IMG/VR virus record: IMGVR_UViG_2931736537_000001
Span: 64,001 to 128,000 of that record
DNA length: 64,000 nucleotides
Strand: one strand, 5' to 3'
Source: a virus
Lineage: Duplodnaviria > Caudoviricetes
In this document: piece by piece, positions 19,347 to 29,343 of the stretch
Layout: each line of letters starts with the position of its first letter
Numbering within the stretch: the stretch's first letter is position 1
Made by a program: the position numbers and the translations under genes
The notes under the pieces: model-generated
Database searches by the model: none
What the model was told of the DNA's origin: nothing
Seen by the model: only the letters and a program-made list of their open reading frames with translations

Positions 19347-20435
19347 TCAGCTCCCGTAGGTGAAGCGGTCGGCGCGGGCGAGTTGGAGGGTGATGCGCTC
19401 GGGGGCCTTGCCCTGGGGTGGGCGCAACGTCCAGCTGGTGATGCGGCACCAGCCGTCGAAGTCGGACCACTGGTCGTGGAGGGACACCCGTACGTCGTCG
19501 CCGACCTGCCAGGACCCGATGCGGGCGGCGGGGTGGTCGATGACCTCGATCTCGGTGACTTCGCCCATGACCTGGCGGGAGGTGCGTTCGGTGCGGGCCC
19601 GGGCGGCGAGCCGGTCGTTGCCCTTTTCCGCCGGGACCTCGAGGACGTGTTCCAGGCGCAGTCGGCCGTTGCGGATCGCGTCGATCGCGCGGCGGCGTCC
19701 GCGGCCCTCGCCGGCGCCGAGCGCGATGACGACCTGGGCGTAGTCGTCGGCGTCGTAGCTGACGGGCACGGTGGTGGCGACGTTGACGCCGGAGGTGAAG
19801 GAGATGTCCGTGCGCCTGGTGCCCAGCCTGGGCCAGCCGAGTCGGATCCGACCGGCCGGTCGGCCGCTGGACCAGTCCGTGGTCTCCGTCCACTCCGGGC
19901 CGCCCTCGGTCTCCGTCATGTCGTCGACGACCTCGCCGAGCACTGGGGACTCCCACCAGGCGGTGCTGTAGGGCTCGGCGGTGGTGCCGACCTTTGCCTT
20001 GCTGGTGGTGGCGTCGACGCTGACCCGGAGGTTGCCGTCCGGCTGGGCCTGCGCGTAGGCCCAGGCGTCGCGGATGACCTTGCAGGGGTCGGCGTTGGTG
20101 TACGGGCCTCGGCCGTCGAGGTTGCCGTGGGTGTCGTGCCGGCGGTGGAGGTAGCTGCCCCAGCCGGAAGCCTCGACCGGGTAGCTGGCTCCTTCCGGCT
20201 CGGCCCGCCACAGCACACCGCCCCACAGCAGCGTGCGGTCGCGTTCGGCGGTCAGCACGGTGTTGCCCGGGTCGAGCTGGGAGCCCAGCAGGTGCGCGAA
20301 GCGCGGCTCGAGGCGGCCGGAGAACTCCCCGGCCGCGTTGCGGGCGGTGCCGAATTCGACCTGCGACAGCGGCAGGTCCGCGGCGAGCAGCTCGCCCGTG
20401 AGGGCATGCCAGCTGCGGAACCGGTACGTCTGCAC
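19347..20435 (-). CDS. Siphovirus baseplate hub / ReqiPepy6 gp37-like protein
   Basis: LLWGGVLW...VIALGAGEG...GSWQVGDDV; synteny. Confidence 0.75.
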   Translation of the reverse strand: MQTYRFRSWHALTGELLAADLPLSQVEFGTARNAAGEFSGRLEPRFAHLLGSQLDPGNTVLTAERDRTLLWGGVLWRAEPEGASYPVEASGWGSYLHRRHDTHGNLDGRGPYTNADPCKVIRDAWAYAQAQPDGNLRVSVDATTSKAKVGTTAEPYSTAWWESPVLGEVVDDMTETEGGPEWTETTDWSSGRPAGRIRLGWPRLGTRRTDISFTSGVNVATTVPVSYDADDYAQVVIALGAGEGRGRRRAIDAIRNGRLRLEHVLEVPAEKGNDRLAARARTERTSRQVMGEVTEIEVIDHPAARIGSWQVGDDVRVSLHDQWSDFDGWCRITSWTLRPPQGKAPERITLQLARADRFTYGS

Positions 20436-20438
20436 GGC

Positions 20439-21368
20439 TTACCTCACGCCCTCGTTGAACTCGATGTCCGCGATCAGGGAGGTGGAGCCGTCGACGCTGA
20501 GGTCACCGGTCTCGATCTTCGACATGTACGTCTGCACGTACAGGGTCTGGGTGGTGCCGCGTATGGCTGCGGGGATGGACAGGCTGTCGGCGAGGACGAT
20601 CGTGTTGCGACGGGTGGAGGTTCCCTGGTCGTCGTCGATGGCGGTGTTCTGTCCCTGCACCGTCCCGAAGACGTTCTGCATGTTGGCGTATACGTTGCTC
20701 TTGGTCAGCCGCAGGCCCGCGAAGGTGGTTACGAGCTTGGCGCTGGTCGCCCATGACGGCACGGCAATGCTCCAGCGCGCGGAGGACGGCCAGTTGTGCC
20801 ACTTGTTGTCCTGGTACGTCAGCGTGCTGAGCGAGCCGGGGAAGGACGTGTACAGCCGACGCTCGCGGCGCGGGTTGGCGACCGCCCGCACGTCCTTGAT
20901 CATCGAGTCGGTGATGACCGCCGTGTTGGCGGGTATGTCGATGCGGGCTAGCGGGACGGCCGTCATGCCGGCGGGCACCGTCGTGGTGGTGGCCGGCACG
21001 TTGCTGACGACGTGGAAATATCCGATCTCGTCCTTCTCCGGATCGCGGGTGCCTTCGTACTCGGGGTCCTCCACGCGCAGGCACACCAGGTCGGAGCGGG
21101 CGGTCGCGCCCGTGGGGGCGACGGGCACGATGGCGTCGCCGACGTTGTACTGGGTGTACGAGCCCTGCCCCCAGGTGGCTCCGCGGATGACCGCCGAGCC
21201 GTCGCGGACGCGTACGCCGGCCCCGGGGGTGGCCAGCTGGTAGACCTTGAGGTCGTCGCCTTCGGTGACGCCTTGGGAGCCGCGCGCCAGGTCGCGCACC
21301 ATCATGCGGAAGGCGCGGGCGGCGTGGGTGCCGCCGTGGGTCATCAGCGGCGGGTTGATCAGCGTCAC
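20439..21368 (-). CDS. Minor tail protein
   Basis: DLKV...GVRVRDG...RSDLVCLRV...PLARI motifs typical of actinophage minor tail proteins. Confidence 0.7.
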   Translation of the reverse strand: MTLINPPLMTHGGTHAARAFRMMVRDLARGSQGVTEGDDLKVYQLATPGAGVRVRDGSAVIRGATWGQGSYTQYNVGDAIVPVAPTGATARSDLVCLRVEDPEYEGTRDPEKDEIGYFHVVSNVPATTTTVPAGMTAVPLARIDIPANTAVITDSMIKDVRAVANPRRERRLYTSFPGSLSTLTYQDNKWHNWPSSARWSIAVPSWATSAKLVTTFAGLRLTKSNVYANMQNVFGTVQGQNTAIDDDQGTSTRRNTIVLADSLSIPAAIRGTTQTLYVQTYMSKIETGDLSVDGSTSLIADIEFNEGVR

Positions 21369-21387
21369 GGGTCGTGCTCCTTCGGGG

Positions 21388-22281
21388 TCACAGGGCGGCG
21401 TGGGCCGCACGCCAGGTGATGGCCAGCCGGGTGCTGTTGGAGTAGTTGCGGGCGGTCCACCAGAGCTCGGTGGTGCCGGGCGGGACGGTGAAGTCCTCGA
21501 GTCGGCTGGCGGCCGACAAAGCGGTGGCGAGGTTCCCGGAGCCGTTCTTGAGGACCCATCGGGTGCCGGGGCGGGTCTCGATCTCGATGCGCTCGCCGGT
21601 GGCCAGCGACGTGCCCAGCTCGATGACGCGGCCGGACTCGACGTGCCGGATGCGGGGGTTGGTGCACGGGCCGGTGATGACCAGCGACGGCCAGGCCGGC
21701 CGGTCCCCGTCGTTGGTCATCCAGCCGCGCCGCTCGTCGGGGATGGCCACGCCGGTGGTGAGCGGTGCCACGAGCGGGGCGCGGAAGCCTCCGAGGCCGT
21801 CCGTGGACAGCGGCAGGGTCAGCGAGTAGGCGTCGTCGGAGTGGTACAGCGGGTCGACGGCGACGAACTCCAGGTCGAGGGGGATCCAGCCGTTGACGGT
21901 GTTGGCGGTGCTGGTGGCCTCGACTCGGCGCAGCCGCCCGTACAGGCGGCGGGCGGGCCGGCCGGGCCAGCTCATCCGCAGGACGCTCATCGCGCCGGGC
22001 GTGAGGCGGACGTCCGGGTTGTCGGCGGCGCGCTGCAGCTGGGCGAGGAGGTCCAGGCCGCGGCCGGGGTCGCCTGGCGTACGGATGCCGGCCTCCATGC
22101 GGATGGTGCGCGCGCCGTACAGGTCGACGCCGGGGAAGACGCCGTCGCCGGCCGGGTTCTCCGTGTCCTGCGAGCGCTGCTCGGGCCCGCCGATGCCCTC
22201 GACCTCTCCGACGGGGATGTCGGTGCCGGCGCCCATGAGGACGCCGTCGACGTCGAACTGCCACTCCTTCAGGTCGGCCAT
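21388..22281 (-). CDS. Distal tail (Dit)-like protein
   Basis: TGATG-coupled to the tape measure gene; AVDPLYH, NDGDRPAWP..ITGP..NP. Confidence 0.8.
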   Translation of the reverse strand: MADLKEWQFDVDGVLMGAGTDIPVGEVEGIGGPEQRSQDTENPAGDGVFPGVDLYGARTIRMEAGIRTPGDPGRGLDLLAQLQRAADNPDVRLTPGAMSVLRMSWPGRPARRLYGRLRRVEATSTANTVNGWIPLDLEFVAVDPLYHSDDAYSLTLPLSTDGLGGFRAPLVAPLTTGVAIPDERRGWMTNDGDRPAWPSLVITGPCTNPRIRHVESGRVIELGTSLATGERIEIETRPGTRWVLKNGSGNLATALSAASRLEDFTVPPGTTELWWTARNYSNSTRLAITWRAAHAAL

Positions 22282-25200
22282 CACGCCCGCCCTCCTCGCT
22301 GGGCGTTGCGCAGCCGCCGCATGACCTCGGCGCCGAACTGCTCGGGTGTCGCGCCGGGAGCGGCGGCCATGGTGACGGGCATGCTGCCGATCAGCGCGGC
22401 AGGCTGGCGGATGACGATGACGCGGACCCGGCTGGACTGGGCGTCCTGGGCACCGGTAAGGGTGTAGCCGAACCGGCCGGCGACGTCGTCGAGCACGGCG
22501 GTGGCGCGGTCGCGCCTGCCGAGGCCGAGGGGGATGTACGCCTCTCCCCCGGTGCTCGGCTCCGCGAAGCGGACCAGGCCGGCGCTGGTGGAGTAGATGC
22601 CCTCACGGATGCCGCCGTCCGCGAAGGCCAGGCCCTTGTTCGCCGCGCCGAGGTCAGCGAGAAATTTCGTCGCCCGGGAGCCGAGGGCGCTCTGGATCTG
22701 CGACTTCGCCAGGTTGGCGATGTCGATGATGTCCTCTTCGCTCAGCCCGGTCTTCTCGGCGACGTCGTGAATGCCCACCTTGCTGCTGGTGACGGCGGAG
22801 ATGATCTGGACGAGGTCCTCGACCTGGTCGGAGCTGAGCGTGGTGTTGGCCTTCTTCGCCGCGCTGTTGGCCGCCGCAGCCTTCTTGTTGTCCTTGACCG
22901 CGGCCGCGGCCAGGTCGGCAGCGTCCTGGTCGTTCTGCTCGGCCAGGCGGGCTGCGAGGTCGCCGTAGCCGCGGGCGGCCAGGGTCGCCAGGTTCTTCTG
23001 GAACGCGGTCTGGTCCTTGACGGCGTCCGTGAGCTGCGAGGTGTATTCCGGCAGCGACGCCTTGGCCGCGTTGGCCAAGTTCTGCAGCTCCTTGGACATC
23101 TGCTTGAGGTACTTGGAGCTGCCGGTGGCCATCTGCCGGGTCAACTCGATGCCCTCGTCGCCCATCTCGGCGAGCGCGTCGGCGACGTCCTGGCCGGCCC
23201 GCCGGGCGACGGTGTCCAGATTCTTCCGCCACGCGGCAAGCGCGTTGTTCGACTGCGCGAGCTTCTTCGTGAAGATCGAGAGGCTGAAGTTGCCCTTCTT
23301 GTCGTTGGAGGCGTTGATCAGGCCGGACAGCGTGTACTTGTTCGCGGCCGTCCCGGACGACGAGTAGGAGAAGCTCATGCCGCCGTCGGCGTAGCGGGTG
23401 ATGCCCCCGTCGGCGTTCCACGCGATTCCACTGGGGTCACCACCGAGGCGGCGTACAACTTCCTCGGTGATCCGACGCGACCGCGGGCGCTTTGACCTGG
23501 CGAAAGGCACGTACGCCTCGCCGTGAGTCTCGTCCTCCGCCCATATGCGCCAGTCGCCGCCGCGGGCGATCTGCGCGATGTGGTTCTCGCGGCGCAGGCC
23601 GCCGTCGGCGTAGAAGTCGACGATGCCGCCGTCCGCCTGCGCACCGAAGTTCCTCGCCTGCTGTTCGATGAGGTCGGCGGTGGTCTGCGTCTGAGTGTGG
23701 ACCGTCTCGTAGATGCTGACGTGCCGGGTGGTGATGGTGATGGATTTGTCGCTGAGGGCGTCCCGGGCGCCCTGCACGGCGCCGATGTTGGAAAGCGCCG
23801 TACCTGTCGCCGCGGTCACCACGACGCGGCCGTCGGGGAGGGTGCGGGTGGTGAAGCCCACCGCGTTCAGCGCCTGGATGGCCGTCTGCGACAGGGTCTT
23901 GACGGTGACGCTCTTTGCTCCGGGCGTGGCCCTGATCTTGGCGATCACCGCGTCGAGGTCCTGCACCGCGTTGGCGCTGTTCGCGTCAATGGTGATCGTC
24001 TTGTTCTGCAGACCGTCGCGCGTCGCCTTGAGGCCCTCGAGGCGGTCCTTGGCCGTGCCGGTCTCCGCGGTCACCTCGAACTGGCCGTCGGGCAGCCGGG
24101 TGACCTCGAACCCGAGGGACTCCAGCACGGTGACGGCGTCCTTGGTGAGGGCGTCGACCTTCACGCTCTTGGCGTCCGGGGTCGCCTCGATCTGCTCGAT
24201 GACCGCGTTCAGGCCGGCGAGCGCGTCTTCGTTTCGCATCTCCAGACGGGTCGTCTTCTCGTCCGGGATCTGCAGGTAGCTGTCGGCCAGCGCCTCGGCC
24301 TGTTCACGGGTCAGGCCCATGGTGTCGGCGGCGTCGATGAAGGTCTTGCGGCCCTTCTCGTAGATGCCGGTGACGTCTTCCCAGGAGCGGCCCTGCTCAC
24401 GGGCGGCGGTGGTCGCCGCATCCGTGTTCGCCGCCAGTTCGCTGAGCGTCTTCTCGGCCTCGCGCGCCTTGTCGTTGCCCAGGTCGAGCTGCCCGTCCCG
24501 CATCTTGAGGACGTTGTGGTGTTCCTTCGCGGCCTTGGCGACGTCGTCGATCGAGGCTTCGAACGCGCTCATGGCGCTGCCGGCCTTACGGTTCACGTCG
24601 TTGAGGGCGACGATGCTTTGCCGCAGACCGTCCGCGCTGGCCTTCTGGGCGTCCAGGCGGGCCTGGGTGTCCTGAGCGGCCTTGCCGAAGATCCCCATGC
24701 TGGCCGCTGCGAGCGACTGTTCGAACTCCAGGTCTTCGACTGCGGACTTGTACTGGTCCATCTGCCCGGTGAACTCACCGACGTCGTGGCCGCCCTTGGC
24801 GTACGCCTCCTTCAGCCGCTCGTACGCCGCGGCGGCCTGGTCGGCCTTGCCACCCTTCACCAGGTTGGCCAGGCCCTCGTCGATGGCGTCGAGGTTCTCC
24901 CGGGCCTCCTGCCACGGCGTGGAGTCCATCAGGGTGAGGCTGAAGATCTTGACCAGCGCGTTCTGGACGTTGTCGGCCGTGCTGGGGTCGGTGATGTTGC
25001 GGATCTTGTCGTAGAGGTCGTCCAGGTCCTGACCGAAGTTCTTCGACAGCTCGCCGGTGACCTTCCCGGACTGGCCCAGCTTCCCCAGGGAGGTGGTGAG
25101 CCTGTCGATGTCCGGCGGAGCCTCCTTGCCCATCTCCATCAGCTCGTGGATCGCGGCGGCGGCCAGACCGATACCGGCGACGATGACGGAGGCCCGGGCG

Positions 25201-26915
25201 GCGGTGCCCAGGCTCAGGAAGGCCGCGCGCAGGCCGGCCAGGCCGCCGCCAGCGGCGACCGACGTGGCGTGCAGCGCGGCAATACGGGCCTGCACGGTGG
25301 CCAGGCCGCCGGCTACCGCCGCGATACCGGCGCCGGCGAGCTGCACGAGCTTCAGCGCGGCGGCGACCTGGATGATCGTGCCGACCAGTTCCGGGGGCAG
25401 GGCCGCGACCAGCTTGGCGGCGGCGTTGACCAGGGTCAGCATCGTGGGTCCGGCCTCTGCGGCGCCCTCGAACAGGTTGCCCACGGCGTCGCCGAGGTTG
25501 GACAGCGTCTCGCGGGCCTCGTCGCCGTTGGCCCGGATGTAGTCCATGACCTGGGCCAGGGGGCCGCCGACCTCGCCTTCGGACATCAGCCGCAGGACGT
25601 GCACGAGCCGGTCGCCCATCCGGTCCAGGGTCTGGTCCGTGAAGTCGGCGAACCGGTCGCTGGCTGCGTCGAAGCCGGGCGTATTCACTGCTCCGCCCGC
25701 GAGGGTGACGAGCCGGTCCAGCTCCCGGGACGCCGACTTCACCTCAGGCGTGAGGTGCGGCAGCAGCGCGTCCATGAGCGCCAGTGAGTGGATGACCGGC
25801 TGCATGGTGGAACCGCTGAGACTGTCCGACCACTGCTGGTAGTTGTCCTTCAGCTCGGCCAGGGCCATCGCGGCGCGCTGTGCCTCGGGCGGGAGCTGGG
25901 CGAGCTGGGACTGGTACTCCGCCTGCGCTTCGGCGGCCTTCTGCGAGGTCGCGCCGTGCTGGCGCACCGCGTCCTGGTACTTCGTCGCGGCGTCCGACAC
26001 CTCGGAGATGGCGGTGAGCTGCCCGGCGACGGCCAACCCGAAGGCGGTGGCCGCGGCGCCGGACGCGGCGAAGATGCCGGGCAGCGGGGCGAGGGCGGTC
26101 GCCAGCGGGATGACTGCCGGCGCGAGCAGCATGAGGCCCTGGAGGCCGCCGCCCGCGTCGCCGCCACCACCGCCGCCGCCGAGCGTGCGGGGTAGGTCTC
26201 CCAGGCCGCTGGTATCGGCGCGGACCCGGACGGTGATGGTCTGGTCCGTCTGCGCCCAGCGCACGGCGGCGCTGACGTCCCGGCGCAGTTGCATCGGGTC
26301 CGCGAGCCCGATCGGGATGTCGATGCGGTGGCCCCACGAGGCCCAGCGCACGGCGTTCTGTACGTCCCGGCGCAGTTGCTGAGCGTCGACGAGCCGTAGA
26401 CCGACGGCCAGGCCACGGTCGGGGTCGGCGCCGCCCACTGCGGCCTGTACCTCGGCGCGCAGGCTGCTTCCGTTGCCCCGCAGTCCGATCGGCACTTCGA
26501 TGCGGTGGCCCCACGAGGCCCAGCGCACGGCGTTCTGCACGTCCCGGCGCAGTTGCTGAGCGTCGGCGAGCCGCAGACCGACGGCCAGGCCCTGGCCGGT
26601 GCCGGCGGCACCGACCGCGGCCTGTACGTCGCTGCGCAGGGTCGCCGCGTCGACGCGGAGCCCGACGTGGATGTCCGAGGTTGCCTCGCGACGCAGCTCG
26701 GCCAGTTCCCGGCGAAGGTCACTGACGTCGCCGCGGGCGTCGCGGACCTCCCGGGCCAGCGTCGTCAGGCTGCCGCTGCCCAGGGCGTCCAGGTTCCGGC
26801 GGGCGTCGGCCAGTTCGCGGGAGAGGTCGCGGGCCTGGTTGGTGGAGCGGCGCAGGGTGCGCACGAGGTTGTCGCTGTTGCCGGTCAGGGAGACCGACAG
26901 GTTCCAGGCGACCAC
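22281..26915 (-). CDS. Tape measure protein (about 1544 aa)
   Basis: Longest ORF, Ala-rich and helical, follows the tail chaperones; AGGAGG RBS; ADGG...EAYxP repeats. Confidence 0.92.
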   Translation of the reverse strand: MVAWNLSVSLTGNSDNLVRTLRRSTNQARDLSRELADARRNLDALGSGSLTTLAREVRDARGDVSDLRRELAELRREATSDIHVGLRVDAATLRSDVQAAVGAAGTGQGLAVGLRLADAQQLRRDVQNAVRWASWGHRIEVPIGLRGNGSSLRAEVQAAVGGADPDRGLAVGLRLVDAQQLRRDVQNAVRWASWGHRIDIPIGLADPMQLRRDVSAAVRWAQTDQTITVRVRADTSGLGDLPRTLGGGGGGGDAGGGLQGLMLLAPAVIPLATALAPLPGIFAASGAAATAFGLAVAGQLTAISEVSDAATKYQDAVRQHGATSQKAAEAQAEYQSQLAQLPPEAQRAAMALAELKDNYQQWSDSLSGSTMQPVIHSLALMDALLPHLTPEVKSASRELDRLVTLAGGAVNTPGFDAASDRFADFTDQTLDRMGDRLVHVLRLMSEGEVGGPLAQVMDYIRANGDEARETLSNLGDAVGNLFEGAAEAGPTMLTLVNAAAKLVAALPPELVGTIIQVAAALKLVQLAGAGIAAVAGGLATVQARIAALHATSVAAGGGLAGLRAAFLSLGTAARASVIVAGIGLAAAAIHELMEMGKEAPPDIDRLTTSLGKLGQSGKVTGELSKNFGQDLDDLYDKIRNITDPSTADNVQNALVKIFSLTLMDSTPWQEARENLDAIDEGLANLVKGGKADQAAAAYERLKEAYAKGGHDVGEFTGQMDQYKSAVEDLEFEQSLAAASMGIFGKAAQDTQARLDAQKASADGLRQSIVALNDVNRKAGSAMSAFEASIDDVAKAAKEHHNVLKMRDGQLDLGNDKAREAEKTLSELAANTDAATTAAREQGRSWEDVTGIYEKGRKTFIDAADTMGLTREQAEALADSYLQIPDEKTTRLEMRNEDALAGLNAVIEQIEATPDAKSVKVDALTKDAVTVLESLGFEVTRLPDGQFEVTAETGTAKDRLEGLKATRDGLQNKTITIDANSANAVQDLDAVIAKIRATPGAKSVTVKTLSQTAIQALNAVGFTTRTLPDGRVVVTAATGTALSNIGAVQGARDALSDKSITITTRHVSIYETVHTQTQTTADLIEQQARNFGAQADGGIVDFYADGGLRRENHIAQIARGGDWRIWAEDETHGEAYVPFARSKRPRSRRITEEVVRRLGGDPSGIAWNADGGITRYADGGMSFSYSSSGTAANKYTLSGLINASNDKKGNFSLSIFTKKLAQSNNALAAWRKNLDTVARRAGQDVADALAEMGDEGIELTRQMATGSSKYLKQMSKELQNLANAAKASLPEYTSQLTDAVKDQTAFQKNLATLAARGYGDLAARLAEQNDQDAADLAAAAVKDNKKAAAANSAAKKANTTLSSDQVEDLVQIISAVTSSKVGIHDVAEKTGLSEEDIIDIANLAKSQIQSALGSRATKFLADLGAANKGLAFADGGIREGIYSTSAGLVRFAEPSTGGEAYIPLGLGRRDRATAVLDDVAGRFGYTLTGAQDAQSSRVRVIVIRQPAALIGSMPVTMAAAPGATPEQFGAEVMRRLRNAQRGGRA
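26320..26591. repeat. 95-bp near-perfect direct repeat (177-bp period) inside the tape measure gene
   Basis: 26320-26414 versus 26497-26591, 3 mismatches; encodes QQLRRDVQNAVRWASWGHRI twice. Confidence 0.85.
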
Positions 26916-26938
26916 CGCCGCTTCCTCCTTCCTGGCTG

Positions 26939-27322
26939 CTACCTGCGGTGGTCCCGGAGTGCACGCGCCCGGGTGCGCATTTCGTACACGGCCCTGGGGA
27001 GCAGGCCGACCTTGACGCCGAAGCCGTGCGGTCCGTCCGGAACGTTTTCGCGTTCGTGGGCGATCAGTTCGCAGCCGGGGCAGCGGCTGGTGGAGCTGAC
27101 GTAGGCGAACCGGTCGCCGCCGGCGTCTTCGTCCCACTCGTCGCTGCGGGTTCCGCACGACGCGCAGGTCGCCCGCATCAGGTCCTGGTAGGCGAGGGCC
27201 TTGGCGCGGTCGGCGGGGCTCCAGGTGCCGTCACCGCCGTGGAACTGGCTGTGCGGGATGCCCCACCGGTCACAGAGTTCGAGTTCGGCTCTCAGCCGCG
27301 GGTCGGCCCGGAGCCTTTTCCC
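26939..27322 (-). CDS. Tail assembly chaperone gpT part (reached by -1 frameshift)
   Basis: GKRLRADPRLRAELELCDRWGIPHSQF...CASC...CPGC; no own start seen; begins at the slippery site. Confidence 0.75.
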   Translation of the reverse strand, partial: GKRLRADPRLRAELELCDRWGIPHSQFHGGDGTWSPADRAKALAYQDLMRATCASCGTRSDEWDEDAGGDRFAYVSSTSRCPGCELIAHERENVPDGPHGFGVKVGLLPRAVYEMRTRARALRDHRR

Positions 27323-27861
27323 CAGTCGCTCCGCCGTGTGTTCTGCGCCGAGAGGGCGGCCTGGAACAGGCCGGCACGGTCGGCCACGCCCCAGGTGGCG
27401 AGCAGCTCTGCTGCGTCGTCCTCGGTCATGGGGTCGACGCTGGCGGCGGCGACCAGCGCGGCGGGGAAGGTGTCCTCGTTCCAGTCGCTGCCGTTCTCGG
27501 CCTGCTCTTCGGTCGGGGGGTGTGCCTTGACGAGCTTGGTGAAGGTGTCGCCGGGCAGGGACCGGAAGACGAGGACCTCGCAGTCCGCCTCGTGGGCCGT
27601 CCGGGCCTCTTCCAGGGCCTTCTCCGCGGCGTCGGCGGCCACGGCCAGTTCGGCGTCCTCCGGGGCGGCCTCGGCGTGCTTGCGGGCGCGCTGGGCGAAG
27701 CGGCGGGCTTCCTCGAACTTCTCCCGCAGCGCCTGGTCCTGCCACAGGTACAGGGGGACTTCGGCGGCGGCCCGGGCCTTGAGGCGGGCCATCTTCTGCG
27801 CCCAGTGGGCGTCGGCAGCCACGGCCTTGGCGGGCGGTTCGTTGTGGATGGCGGCGCTCAC
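27292..27861 (-). CDS. Tail assembly chaperone gpG
   Basis: Between the major tail and tape measure genes; AHPPT...WNEDTFPAAL. Confidence 0.8.
   Translation of the reverse strand: MSAAIHNEPPAKAVAADAHWAQKMARLKARAAAEVPLYLWQDQALREKFEEARRFAQRARKHAEAAPEDAELAVAADAAEKALEEARTAHEADCEVLVFRSLPGDTFTKLVKAHPPTEEQAENGSDWNEDTFPAALVAAASVDPMTEDDAAELLATWGVADRAGLFQAALSAQNTRRSDWGKGSGPTRG
27316..27322 (-). other. -1 programmed frameshift slippery site G GGA AAA
   Basis: Minus strand tgg gga aaa ggc near the chaperone C-terminus; the -1 frame continues to 26939. Confidence 0.8.
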
Positions 27862-28403
27862 TGGGCCAGCTCCTTCTTCGCGCGGTTCGTGACGGTCTGG
27901 GCGCCGGCGGCGGCGGGCACGGCGAGGCCCTGCTTCGGGCGGCGGGTGATGGTGAATTTGGTCTCGAACTTCGCGGCTTCGTTGTCGGTGCTGTACGCGG
28001 GCGACTGGGAGCCGACGCGGATCGGGAAGACGTCCATGGACTTGCTGGCGGGGACGTCGCCCTTGCGCAGGATGACGATGTTGCCGACGGTGCCCTTCTT
28101 CAGGAGCTCCTCGATGACGGCCGTCACCTTGTCCTCGTAGAAGGTGAAGGACGAGTCCTCGGCCTTGTCGGAGCCGGGGATGGAGCTGTCGAAGTCGTCG
28201 CTCATGTCCGGCGTCTCGATGCTCTGGTTCTCGAGCGTGAAACCGGAGATGCCGGCGATCGCCGCGGACAGGTTGGTGCCCGCGTCGAGTTCGGCACGGG
28301 TGGGGGTGAGGTCCGTCGTATCGGCGATCTCGGGGACGAACAGGAAGATGGAGACGCCGCGCCGGGAGAACTTCTCGACCGGCGTGGCTGCGGGCAGTGC
28401 CAT
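27858..28403 (-). CDS. Major tail (tube) protein
   Basis: FLFVPEIAD...PTRAELDAG...MDVFP motif of actinophage tail tube proteins. Confidence 0.85.
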   Translation of the reverse strand: MALPAATPVEKFSRRGVSIFLFVPEIADTTDLTPTRAELDAGTNLSAAIAGISGFTLENQSIETPDMSDDFDSSIPGSDKAEDSSFTFYEDKVTAVIEELLKKGTVGNIVILRKGDVPASKSMDVFPIRVGSQSPAYSTDNEAAKFETKFTITRRPKQGLAVPAAAGAQTVTNRAKKELAQ

Positions 28404-28504
28404 GAGGAAGCCCCTCGGGTCTGAGCGTGTCAGAACTGGTTGGCCACCTGGTACTGGTGGCTCGTCCGCGTGAGGGGCCGCCGCGGTGCGGAGTGGCCGG
28501 ACGG

Positions 28505-28939
28505 TCAGCCGGCCGATCGGGTCCAGCGGAGCCGGAACCTGATCACATAGAAAACGATAGCCGCGGCTGCGTCCTCCTCCGGTCCAGCGTCGAGGTCCAG
28601 GTCGCGGGCGTAGCAGGACCATCCCGGCACGGCGAGGGCGTGCAGCCACCCCCCTCGGTCGTCGCGGCCGAGGACGCCGGTGCGGGCCCGGTCGCCGAGC
28701 CACTCGGCCTGGGCGTGATTGCGGGCCACGCAGTCGACCTGGTACACGGTGTCGGCGTCCTCGTGCCGGTCGGTGAACGGGGCGCCGGCCAGGGTGAGGG
28801 GCAGGGAACGGAGCACGCTGTACGGCGGCTCGGCCGGCTTTCCGCCGACCTGGGGCAGTGCACCCGTGCCGCACGGTTTCCCGGTCGCCGCGGCGAGCAG
28901 CCCCTGCAGCGCGGTCGTCACGAGGCGGCGTTCGATCAC
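28505..28939 (-). CDS. Tail terminator / neck protein
   Basis: PPYSVL...YQVDCVA...QAEWLGD; synteny. Confidence 0.7.
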   Translation of the reverse strand: MIERRLVTTALQGLLAAATGKPCGTGALPQVGGKPAEPPYSVLRSLPLTLAGAPFTDRHEDADTVYQVDCVARNHAQAEWLGDRARTGVLGRDDRGGWLHALAVPGWSCYARDLDLDAGPEEDAAAAIVFYVIRFRLRWTRSAG

Positions 28940-29343
28940 GCGAGTGCCTCCATCGCGGCGGTGCCGATCCGCTCGGCGAAGCGTGGCCGGACCACGGCGA
29001 GGGCTGGCGCGACGTGCGGGAAGGGCGGTTGGGCGTAGACGCGTCCCAGGGAGTCGGCGCCGTAGAAGCCGAGTTCGAGCCGGCGGCCCTGCGGTGCAAA
29101 GGTCCCCACGATGGCGGTCGCCCCGTTCCCGTGGGGGAACACCTGTGTCTGCCAACTGGCGCGGTAGCGGCCGGTGATGACGTTCGGCCCGGGCCGGCCG
29201 CTCGCGGCGGCCTGGATGAGGTGCTGCAGCAGGAGCGCCTCGTGCCGGACCGCCTGTTCGGTCGCCAGCCCCACCCGAGCGGCGGCCTGGGCCATAGCGG
29301 CGGCGAGTTGGTCGGGGTCGGTGAAGTACCGGGTGGTGGTCAC
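28936..29343 (-). CDS. HK97 gp10-like neck protein
   Basis: ITGRYRASW...RLELGF...QPPFPHVAPA. Confidence 0.8.
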   Translation of the reverse strand: MTTTRYFTDPDQLAAAMAQAAARVGLATEQAVRHEALLLQHLIQAAASGRPGPNVITGRYRASWQTQVFPHGNGATAIVGTFAPQGRRLELGFYGADSLGRVYAQPPFPHVAPALAVVRPRFAERIGTAAMEALA

